A stretch of DNA of 63,063 nucleotides, counting the filler, from Hyphochytrium catenoides (lineage: Eukaryota; Protista; Hyphochytriomycota): NCBI GenBank assembly GCA_900088475.1. It is 9 parts of 9 records of this genome, joined end to end, with 100 filler letters (N's around TTAATTAATTAA, not from the genome) between each part and the next. Parts side by side here need not be neighbours in the genome. Positions count along the whole stretch, not along the records: positions 29,015 to 49,891 come from FLMG01003331.1; 8 more parts are not named here. The stretch is one strand, 5' to 3'. The position numbers and the translations under genes are program-made. Positions 33,687 through 45,192 of this stretch are shown piece after piece. The first letter of the stretch is position 1. Every line of letters starts with the position of its first letter. The notes under the pieces were generated by a model. It was not told the DNA's origin and did not search any database. It saw nothing but the letters and a program-made list of their open reading frames with translations.

Positions 33687-36600
33687 GATGGATATTCTTA
33701 TGGCGTTGTTGGGTCTTAGATCGAACTTTCAAAGGCCAGCAGGCAATAGCTAAAAGGAGGACAATCCAAAAGCTGACGACTTGGTACTTGGCGAGGAACT
33801 CTGAAAGTGGTGGTCGGCAGGCATCCTCCCTTGATCAGAGCGATTCACGCTCCTCGCCGCGATCACAGGGCTATGCACTTTGAGTCTTGGCCATGACAGG
33901 TCTCAAGCCAGGAGAATGATGTTACTGCAGCTCTCTACTCCTGAAAATCAAGCATTCAAGCCTTGGTCTTGAGGTTCCTGGCTCAGAAAAGACCATCTGA
34001 GACCTCAGAATAGATGGAGTGAGATGGAGATCGCCTGCCAGAAGCCACTCCTTTTGTCTAATAATAGCGTCCCATTGACCCAGCATGCCGCTATGTGCCG
34101 AACAATTCTGTCTGATGGTCGTGCTGCCTGCAGATATTCTACTGTTTGAAGTTCCGTGCCTATTTTGCGCGAGGAAGGTGCCAATATGACTCCTTGCCTC
34201 ATGTTATATCGCCCTAGTCACCACCTCTTGGTCTCAGACGCTACGTATAAGCCATCATGGAGCTCATAGAAGAATCCATCTAAATCCACTTGCAGATACC
34301 ACGACCTCTTCTCCTGCCCCTGCAGGCGAACCACTGCACAGAGGAAGCTTCACACTACGAAGTCCAAAGTAGACTAGTTCTTCTGATCTTATCCGGAAAG
34401 GTAAGTCGAAGGTTGCCTACTACTAGAACATGACCAGCCTGATGATGATGCTACTGCTATAAGTACTACTGCTACTGCTTCACGCTGCTGCTGGTGGCGC
34501 TGCTGCTCATGCTGCTGCTAGTGCGAGTCGTGCTGGGGCTGCAGCTACTAGCAGTCAGGCGGGACTGGTTGCCCTGCGCCGTGATCTTGCCATCATTGTT
34601 GAAGAAAGGACGGCTTGGCGACATTGGCCTTTATGTGTCGGTTCGACACTGAAGCTTTCACCAGCGACTCATGAATGAAAGCTTCATTGCCTAACTAGAT
34701 ATTAGAGATCCATCGGCAAGGTTTCCAGTAAACAGCCGTTATGACCTTTGGTGAAAAGTATCCATCATGAAAATGGCTGGTCTGTTTGGACAATCTTGAG
34801 ATTCACCAACAAGCAGCAGACTTTCCAAGACAGAAGTCGCAAGAGGCAAGAGGTCAAAGGAAGCTAGCTGCTACGCAGTCGGAGGAGGAAGCTTTTCGAA
34901 AGGAGACTGCTCCACCATGGTGTGGGCATGTAGTAGTTGTAGGGTGTACACAGTGTGAGCTATGCGGTTCAGCATCCATGGTGAAGTAGCAGGTCGCTTG
35001 CCGTCAAGTGCAGTAGGTCGCCCGTCAAGTTCAGTTAGCGGTGGTGAGGAGGAGAAGAATCCATCTAGTTGGTTATCTCCCTGCTTCTTCTTCTTAGTAG
35101 TAGGTCCGTAGTTCTATGAGAAAGCGATAGAAAGAGATTGATTATCAGGAGAATCTCCACTTGTTGTTGTGACAGAACCACATGGTTATGCTGGAAATAG
35201 ATAAAGAAGAGGAAGAAGAAGCAAAAAATGCCAGCAAACCATTACGGATGCCACCACCTGATAACATTCCGCCTATCCATAGCACAATAGCAAAGACCTC
35301 CGACTAGCCCAACAGCGGAAGATTCTCTAGAGAATAATCCATACTACTCGTAGCAAGTAAGCAGATGGCCGCGCTCATAACGTGGCTTCTCTTATCTCCG
35401 ACGATGATAGCAGCCAGAGGCAATAAGGAGCCAGCTTAGCGAGGATGCTTGTGCACAGTAGTACTCAAAAGGATCGCCAGAAACAATGGTTGTATGACTC
35501 TCCTTCACACTTCCATACATACTTCTTCAGTCCTGGACCGTGTGAAGTGTTATTCAAAAGCTTGAAGTGCTCTTCTCCCATTGACTGAAAATGGTCCCAG
35601 GCGATAGATTGTCCTTCTACATCATCCCTTTCATCATACTGTTGGCTGAACATGCCTACATCACCGACTTAAAGTTCCCAGAGCGTTCTGAGTTCAAGGA
35701 CTCTCCTTGCTTCTCACAAACAGCAAGTCAAGCAACAACTAGGGTTGCTGGAAGATGAGTGACAGCAGTTCGGCCCAATTGCCAATGAAATAGCAGCTCT
35801 TTGCCTTTGACTTGCAACGGGGGGATAGCTACTTGGGCAGGAAACTAGCCAGGATCCTATTTTCGACTCCTCTCTCTGATCGGACAGGGTTCCAGCAGCA
35901 GAAGCCTGCCGCTCAGTTACCTGTTCTAGTGAGGCAGCAGCAGAAGAGTGATGGCCTCTACGAACGGTCTGTCAGCCTAAAGCAGATCCAGGTGATGATG
36001 GCTATCTAGACTAATAAATGAAGGCGATGATTGAGCGCTAGAGCAGTGGGTTCTCCTATTTGGTTACTCGCATAGAGTTCCAATATTTGGCTACCCTTCT
36101 TCACGTGATGATGACGTGCCTTCAGTAGCAAGGATTACTCTTATGATTGTTTTTACTTCCCCTCGGTTAACTCTCCGGTTCCGCAAGCAGTAGTTACATT
36201 TGGTCCGTGCTATCCCTGCTGCGTGGTTCATTCCTGCTTTGTAGTGTCACCGTAAGACAATGATACCTCTCTGCCGAACCTTTCAGCTCCAGTATACACC
36301 CGGACCCCACCATACAGCTCTTAGTCGAAAGGTGATGAAGAGAGACAGACAACCCGCTACCGCTCAACTTATTTCCCCCTCACTTATTATATTCCTTCCC
36401 TAGACTTCAGGGCACGCAATACATATGAAGGTGATAACCCAAAGTCATGATGAGCTAGCTCCAAGGCGTCTCCACCAACACCAACCAACGAAAATATATA
36501 AAACTCACACAACTAACGCTCTCCAGGATGATGATCTCTACGTTAGAGGTCGTTCACAGGTCAGCCCTAGTGTTGTTGGGAGCCAAAATGTCAGAACAGC

Positions 36601-37853
36601 AGCATTGTAATCTACGCCAAGAGTGAGGAGCGGAGAGAACGTGATCATCCCTCCGTTTACCTCGATTAGCCCCGCTCACATCAGCGACGTGAAGACGTAC
36701 CAATTTGTAACATGAGCCCAGAAGATGTGGGTTGGCTCCGAGGTTGGCTCCGAGTCTGACAGTTGAAGGAGAGGGAAGCCGAAGCAAAAAGGGATCCTGG
36801 AGGTCAAGTCAGCAGCCTTCTAAGTCTACTTCCTATCAACATCCACGACGACTCATACTTCGGAGTTTCCTTTGCTTTATGATGTGAAGATGTGAAGATC
36901 TTTCGAGCGTTATTATGATTATGATGAGCAGATCTTCCAGACCATGGTCTAAGATAAGCTCGAGCGTTAGCGGCTCCTTGATTGTGTCCAGCCGTCTACA
37001 AGGAAGGGAGAGGAGAACGAAGCTGGACAGACGAAGGCGAAGAGTCACACACCCGCCACCAACACGGGAAAGAAAGAGAGACTGAAATTACCTCTGCCCT
37101 CCCTCAACCCAAGAAGCATACCTCTCAGCACTCACTGAGAGAGCCAGATTCGATTTACTCCTTAGTTAACACGTAAGCTTTTAGGGACAGACATAAACAA
37201 AAATTGTTACTCTGTCTCCGGAGCATGGCCTTTCATTATCTCCCTATAATGAGCGGAATGACCAATAAAGAGAGGAAAGGAAGGAAAGAAAGGACATCAA
37301 GCCTGTGTAAGCACGTGAGTCAGACGGGTAATTTACGCAGCTCGAAAGATTCAATAGATCATCGGGAAAGTTTGAAGTGTCATCCATTTGTTCTGGAATA
37401 AAATACTTAAAGATGGCTTGGCTGGTGATGAAATCTTTCGTCTTGTCTCATCTAAGGGTTTTTTGGGTGTCTTTTCTCGTGCTGTTCAGTTCTGATCTTC
37501 CCTCTATCCTTATTCGAGAGAAAGACGAGGGTTATCCGTTATCGGTGCACTCCTGGCGTACTGTTTCTATTATCTGTACTGTAGGGCTTTAAATGTTTGT
37601 CTTTGCGCATCATCAGAAACCATTTCAGGAGCTTCGAAGACTCTCAGTCGACGAAATTCAGAGCTGCAGATGGAGATTCAAGCATCACGGTTCTGATGGT
37701 GCGGGACTAGCCCCCGTAATAAGGTTCTAACGCTCATTGGCAGAAGCGGATACTCTGCTCATAGGCCTCTTGGGCCGTTTACGTGGTCTCAATCTTGATA
37801 TTGTTGGTTTAGTGGACAGTCACGAGCTGCTGGATGCAGCAACAATAGCAAAG

Positions 37854-40800
37854 ATGAGTAACACATATGTGAAGCAGCATAGTCTGGATAAGTTTAATTT
37901 TGCGGCAGCTGATTTTGACGAAGCTTTGGAGGAAGGTAAGCTGAGAGTGGAGTTTGTTGCCTCTGCTGTTTATCTGACTTTGGGATCTCCGCTTATTTGC
38001 CCAGAGCTGCTTCGGGGTTTATCCGAATCAGACTTGTTGAAGGGTGTGAACGGCGGCATCCCGGAGTACTTGATAGCACACACCTCTCGGACCGCAGAAG
38101 CGGACGGCGGATTTAAGTCACCCCGTACATCAGAGGAAGGGTCGTCGTCAGAAGTCGAAGAACAACTCTCAGAAACAAAGTCTATGCAACTACCAGACCA
38201 AAACTCCCGTTGTGGCAATACAGCTCCCGAGAAAGGGAAGCGGGCGCCCGGAGGGAAGGTAATGAAAGCTGAGGGTTCTGCTCATAAGCTCTTGAAAGAA
38301 ACTCTAACATTTGGCATTCGCCAGACCTCCATCTATCGTGGTGTCACCAAGACAAGTCTAAAGGCTTGGGGCGCCAAGTATAATGCCAAGAGATTGACGA
38401 GTACGTGCAAGACAGAGGAGGAGGCAGCTAGAGTCTATGACGATTATCTCCGGACGAATGTGCCCGACAAGTACATGAAGTATTGCAACTTCTGTCCTCA
38501 GTGTGGCAAATTCAGGAACTCCTTACGCCTTCCCAACGTCCAAAAGGATTGCCGTTGCGAAGATCACATCATGCACGCTGACAATGCCTCTACCTATGGG
38601 AGCGACGGGTTCGAGTCTTCAGGTTACACGACATCGTCACCTGCTTATTCTAGCCCTCCCTATAGCTCGCCGCTGCCACCTCCCTTGGACCCTGTGGAGG
38701 AGAATATGCAGCTGCCCCCGCCTGCTCCATACAATGAGGTCTACAAGTCGGAGGCTGAACCTTTACCCACTCAGGGAATGACAGCAATGGGAAATAATCT
38801 TGGTGGAGCTCTCCCTCAGAATAATAATGCAGAGCGGATATCGGACCTTATAGGGATGCGAGATGACCTGGACGAGCTTCTTTTTAACTCTACTGGCAAA
38901 GCGGAGTACCTCCTGAATATGGTCCCAGCGATGCCATCTTTTCCTGTCTCAGAAACCGTATCATCGTCCGGTATAAACACGACAACGGTGGTGATGGCGC
39001 AGGAGAGAAAGACTTCATATCTTGAGCCTAGTCCGCAGAACGCCATTACAAGTGATCAGCAGGCGTATCCTATCACCGCAGAAGCTCTTTATACAAGCCA
39101 GCTTTACCCTGCGCAGATCCATCCTGATCAGTTATCTACTAATCTCAACAAGATGATCAAGCAGGAAAGCTCAGATGAAATTGATAAGATCATCAGCCAG
39201 ATCACACACTCAGAAACAGGACACCAGGCCCTTTTCGACCAAACTCAAGGTCGAGGAAACGCTGTTGACTGCATCGCACAATCTCAGCCTTCCTTCCCAG
39301 TGGCTCTCGCAACCATCACTTTTACGAACCAGTTCAGGCCCAAATATTGGCGGAATGATCGGAAAAATGTGCAGTGTTTCCCCTATTGCCCTGAGTTTGG
39401 CGATTACTTCAACGCAAGAGTCCAGAACCTGAAGCATGAAAGTAAAGGTGTCTGCAGAGCCGAAGTAACAGTTGACGTTACAATGACCCCAGACCTTCAA
39501 GCCGAAAGACTTGTTGTTCTCGGCCAGTTTACCGCCGAGAATGCGCCTGACCACTTTCAGGGCCAGTTTTGGCCTCCTAACATGCTGGAGCTTCTGCGGA
39601 CCACGTGGATTACCGGCACATGCAAGGCCTCCTTCCTCTCGGAATCAGGCAATATGACGGCGTCCTATGGCTTCCTTGCGCTAAATTGGAAGTATGAGGA
39701 ACAGCTGCCAAAGAACAAGAAGCGGCGGTTGCCTAACGAAGTAGACGAAGATGAAAGGAAGTATGTCTTCCGCGTGGAAGCCTTCTATCTTAGAGATGAT
39801 GGGATGTATGTGTGGGTCAATTGCCGTGATTCTCCAGCGTTCGAGTTCGGCAGTACGCGTACTTTATTGAGACATCGGAACCGGCTGGAGGATGACAAGC
39901 AAGAATTAGCTACAACACTAGCGGGCGTAAGCATGGACGAGAATGACATTCTCGCGATGGACGAGGCTCTGCACGTTCGAGAGAGTACGATGGCTCATAC
40001 GCTATCAGCTGAACCTGTACCATCGAAGAAGAAGATCAAGATGAAGCTCAATCAAGCAGGCGCACAGAAGTCGAGCGGCGAAGGTAGGGCCTATCCATGT
40101 AGCAGAGTAGTAGAAAAAGCCATTTGCTTATTGATTCACCGACCGACTATTGCTCCGCCCGTTGTAGACATTGGAGAACTAGAAGAAGGCATTACTTCAA
40201 AGTATGACGCACACACATCGCCCAAGGAGGTTTTGCCGAAGGCAGCTACGCACTCCACAGGAAGAAACCTTCCGGAGGTTCCTACGGTCAAGTCTGGAGG
40301 AGACAACACAACGAAAGTGGACGGCAGAGGCCCTTCACTTGCGGTGTACGGCCTTCTGCTAAACCCTCTATTCGCGGTGCTTTCTGCAGTAGTGTTTATG
40401 CTGTAAGTAGTTTGACCTTGAGATATATGCTTACTAGTCCCTGAAATGCTGACCATCTCTCTTGCTTTCGCCTCTTCGATTTTACCTTTGAGCAGCTTAA
40501 CACCACTGTCGTTATTGGGCTTGGCAGCCTGCGGGCTTGGACGCAGTTTTGTACTGGTAGAGGTTGATCTGTTGGACACCTTCGGCCAATGGGACCTGCG
40601 GATGATCAATTTCCTTCGATCCAGTTCCCTTGCAGTTCTCGTCTTACGGCGAATAGAGCTTCAAGGGGAAACTTCCCAAGCCCGGAGCAAAAATGCGTTT
40701 CAAGACTCTGTTGTGACAAAGCGCTTGTGGTACTTCATGCTGGGCAAGCTTGTCCTAAGCATAGTGACGTTCTGTCTCTCTGCACCTCTAACTATCCTTT

Positions 40801-40928
40801 ACGTCATCACTTGCTGCATTCCTGGCCTTGGGCGAGCCTCGGAAGGTGCTCTCCGGAGTGCGGTGCTGCTATCCGTAAACTATTCGCTGAAGGCACTGGA
40901 CCAGACGGAAACTGCCCTGCCTGTGTAG
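37854..40928 (+). CDS. AP2-like DNA-binding protein with a second conserved Cys/His-containing domain and C-terminal transmembrane segments
   Basis: AP2-like TSIYRGVTK..KAWGAK...TEEEAARVYD followed by CxxC...CxC at about 38320-38560. Conserved-looking domain KYWRNDRKNVQCFPYCPE...KYVFRVEAF...SPAFEFGSTR at about 39340-39870. Intron 40403-40495 joins ORF 37737-40406 to ORF 40446-40928, giving hydrophobic helices. Probable in-frame introns at 37936-38004 and 40084-40167. Confidence 0.75.
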
Positions 40929-41506
40929 ATCTCGTCTTCCTTAGCCTTGCCCTGGCCCCTATGTTGTCTCAATAGTTGCATTACATCTTATGAACTCTTT
41001 GTCTTTGTATATATTGACTCTGACGCCAATAAATCATCTACTTTTCAGGAGCTGAACACGGCTTCATGAAATCCGCTCACTTTCCTATATCATCTAAGAA
41101 CGGTGCAGACCTTCACTCTAGTATCAGGTTCTAAGTCCTTAAGATTTACCCTTGTCACACATGGCCCGATGCTTGTTCTCTGACAGCGTTCTGGCCGCTA
41201 CCAAGACATTGTGTTGCTTCTAACCCAGTGGTACGATGGGTTGGAAATACAATGGCTGCAGCGAGGACGGGGAAGGAAGACGTAGACTTCACAATTTCTA
41301 ATACACGTCAATGTGACATTAACAGGAACTGGGGTTCTCAGTATCATCATAGGTGCTAAGACTGATAAATAGGTTGATGACATAACAGGGTACGGGTTCA
41401 GGCTTGAATGGTAGCTTTTGAAAAAGGTTGAGAGAACATGAAGACTTCAGACCACCACGGACAGGACAGCGAAGGTAGAGAAGAAACATACGGTAGCAGC
41501 AGCCAA

Positions 41507-42095
41507 TCAAGCTGCTGGTTGAACTCTGGACACACTGAGAGAGAAGAGATTCCCCTGAGGGTTCATGTTGGTGTACGCCACAGGCGCAGGAGGAAGAGAG
41601 AAAGTGAAAGCCTTGGGCTTATACAACCCAGAGTTTGTCCGTAACAGCTCAGCCTTCCTCGGCGTCTTCATTCCAGAGTTCTCTATCGCCTGAACAACAA
41701 GGTTGAACTGCTCTTCGCATTCATCTAAGTCTGGCTTTCTTCGCATGTCGTCTGAGCTTTTGAAATAATACCGCTGCCAAGTGAGGAAAGCAAGGCCCCA
41801 TTCGTTCCTTAGCTTCTTGGTGTATGCACCCAAAACGACTGTCTTTTTGTCCTCCAGACGCACNNNNNNNNNNNNNNNNNNNNNNNNNNNNNNNNNNNNN
41901 NNNNNNNNNNNNNNNNNNNNNNGAGTCTGCAAGTGGTCTGACCTTGGTCTTCGCCCCCGTTAGCTCGATTTCTCCCAACCACACGCCACCGGGCTTGCGA
42001 AAGTAGCGAAATTTGCCGTTGTCAAGCACGCCATACACAGGTTCAGCATACTTCTTTTCCAGGTCATATCGAATAAGATAGCCTTCCTTCACCAT
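41507..42095 (-). CDS. PH-domain protein (spans an internal N gap)
   Basis: MVKEGYLIRY...YGVLDNGKFRYF...LGEIELTG...(gap)...VVLGAYTKKLRNEWGLAF, which has the PH strands and the C-terminal Trp helix. Confidence 0.72.
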
Positions 42096-43558
42096 CGTTG
42101 AGCTTGGGCAGCCTCTCGTCAAGCAGAGACAAATGAGGTTTCCTTCGACACGCGGGCTATACTGCGGGAGCTCTGCACGCCACTTGGATGAATAGAGTTG
42201 GCGGCTGGCAAGTATGCAGAGCAAAGCGCCTCTCTTCCAACAATGGAGCTCTGTGTAACAAAAGGCTCCTATACTTTCCTAGCAGTGTCGCAGAAGAGTC
42301 GAAAGAGATGCAGACTCTGCCTTCGTGTGAAGCTCTGTGACGTGTATCAAAGGCGCAGCAGAAAAAGTGATTGTCTACCCCTGCAACACGGTGCTTCTAG
42401 GAGAGTTCTGTGGGGTATGTTCTCTTTTTTCTTATCTCTTCTGAAGCTGCAGCCTCCTCGTCTCTTGGCGCTGCTGCTTCATGATCTTCTTCCTCCCTCT
42501 GCTTCTGTCTCTCTGAAATCCAAAGTCAGTCTGTCTCTCTCGCAGTATATCTCTTCTCTCTCTCTTTCGCTCTCTGTCTTCTCTGTCTCTCTTCTTAACT
42601 CATCTTATAAACACTTAGTCGGTATCTCGCTCCTCTCTGTTTCGCTCTCTGTCTATCTGTCTCTCTTCTTATCTGTGTCTCTGCACACAAGGCCCAGGGC
42701 CTATCATGACGCGATGTTATTCCTTGTGATGGCGGCGCAGAGTATCTTGGGACTGTGGATGATGCAGGGCGGACCATCACCCCTCGCTCTAAATATAACA
42801 CAGGCATAGACATCAGGAGCCATGGGTCTTGAGTGAGGCCCAAAGCCCCAGTAACAGTCAGAAAGACCACAAGTATACAAATATCTCAGGTAGAATAAGT
42901 GTCTCAATGACTGATATAAATCTTGTCAGTTGTCTGCCCATTGTGAAAAAAACTGACAGAAATGGGCAAGAGAAAGAGGAACAAAATAGAGCGACAATTG
43001 TAGGACAATTCTTGCTGCAAGGTCAGACCAAACTTTTTTTCTTTGTGACCAGTGACCAACCCCCAAACTTTGGACGCTCTTTTTCTCCTGTCCTGCCCCC
43101 TTCCTCTCTCTCACTCTCTTCTCTCTCTGTGTACAAGGCAGTGGTCTGTATCTATAAGCCGAACACCATCGTTTATTACAACTCAGGCACTCTATATAAA
43201 GGACGGCCTTACGCTAAGTATAAGGTCGTATTATTATAGCTAAGAATTACAGAAGGTCGTGAATGGCCTGGGAGCGATACAGAAGCAGTTTCCACACTGA
43301 CTCTTACTGACAACTGTTAGATAACCAGGTATTGTCGTATTATTAGCGCTTGCTCTAGATTCTATGTTTGCTTAACGCTATATACGACCTTCATGGAGAC
43401 TATTGACGGTAGAGTAAAGCATAGTCCTCCCAATATTCTCGCACAGACGGCGCCAATGTTGATCCGTGAATTGAGCTCAGCTCCAGAGCTTCATAGAGAT
43501 TATCGGCAGATCTGTGAAGCTCGACCTTTCTATTTTTCAAAAAAAAAGAGTTTGAGCC

Positions 43559-43780
43559 CAGTATTCCTCTCATTTGGCTTCACGTTGAACTGCTAACTCT
43601 CGCGCTGTTGGAGAGAGAGAGAGAGAGAAATGACGAAGGGAGATTGAGAGATGATGATGTTACTGTTACCAGTATTCCTCTCATTTGGCTTCACGTTGAA
43701 CTGCTAACTCTCGCGCTGTTGGAGAGAGAGAGAGAGAAATGACGAAGGGAGGTTGAGAGATGATGATGTTATTACCGTTA
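43559..43780. repeat. About 111-bp direct tandem duplication
   Basis: cagtattcctctcatttggcttcacgttgaac...gatgatgatgtta at 43559 and 43670. The copies differ by one GA unit and a few substitutions. Confidence 0.9.
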
Positions 43781-45192
43781 CTTAGAAAGGAGGATGTGAC
43801 AGAAGTGGCGAAGTACACAGCGATCTTGCAGCAAGCTAGCTCTCGAGTTAAGAACTGCTGTGCGTCAGGTCTTTGTCCAACACCTACATACTACCGCGCC
43901 TATTCTGCCCTCTCGGGTTGCTTCAGAATTTTCCTGCTACGTAGTGTACACCTCTAAGTGCGTACTAGCACTAGGAATCTCATGTCTTATTTCTCTATTT
44001 TAATCTCCTTCCAGTTCGTGAAGCTAAACGGACCCCGAAGGGAAGACAATAGTGGCTGTCATGAGCTCTTCGTACTAAAACATTGAAATTTATGCTCAGA
44101 CCCATGGCCTGCTAAATAAATTCAATAATCCCATCGACGCCGCCGTCTCTCAGATTGGTTCAGTCTGGATGAAGTTCTAGAGCTAAGGTTCCTGTCCTTA
44201 GATCCTTGACACCTTATTCGCAAGTTGATAGAGACTTTTAGAAGAGGTAATCATCGCGGCCGAACAGACCTAGCAACTGACTGCCGTCGTCACTGCCTAC
44301 CTACAGCTCTCCTCACAAGGCGACCGTGGTACCAGGAACCTCACTGGACCTCTACGGTCATGGCCTGTTCCATTTAGAAGCAGAGGTAAGAATCGTCTGA
44401 ACTGTGTGCGAATGTATCCAAGAGGTCGTCTATTGGCAGAAAAGCTGTTCTGACCCAAGGCGAGCTTTACATCGATCCAGTTGGTGCCCCAGAGAGCTTT
44501 GCGAGCTACGGTCAGGAAAGCCCTGACGGCAAACCTGAGTAGAGTTCCTCTATCATCCTGCAAATGGGCCAACGCAGCTATTCCGGAGTCATTTTAGCTC
44601 TTTATTGACAGAAAATCCATTTTTGCTTTTTTCTATCGGGTGTCACGTTGGTCCGCTAAGCTCTGCCGCACCCAGCCTTTGATAGATTCTATCACAAGCC
44701 TTTCAATTTAATAGTCATCCTCGCTTTAGAGTTGTTCTTACGTTGGATATGAAGTCCAGAAGCTAGCCATCTTCTCTTATCTTTCTAAGGCTTGAGGCCG
44801 CTAAATGGCAGTTTATAGAATGGAGTTCGTGAAGGTCATCTGCTTCTACCGCTCGGGGTTCTCTAGGAGCAGGTGCGATCGGTTCGGAAGAGGAAAACGA
44901 ACAGAGTTCGTAAGGGAAAAATGCCTTCGTCCCTGCTTTGACAGTCATGATATCCTCTTTTAGTGGCCCATCTACATGAAGAGCCCTGTGAATCTTGCTG
45001 CCCTGATGTAACTTGGGGACTTCCATCCATTCCATCGTATCCCGTTCAATGCAAGCCTTAGCACAGTGCTAGCTCATGGTTCAAAATAGGCTGTGACGAG
45101 AGTACACGACCCAATGGTTTGTGGAGGTTGGGTCGCTCTAGCGGCGTTGATGCATTGCCTCGCTGATGGTGTCTTCCTCCTCTATCTTCCTC

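Noticed and set aside
37737-37853. Start of the 889-aa ORF at 37737
   Set aside because: This is a TTG start in a eukaryote. The first in-frame ATG is at 37854.
44200-45130. Broken minus-strand ORFs as a transposase or ULP protease
   Set aside because: Multiple stops and no convincing catalytic motif.
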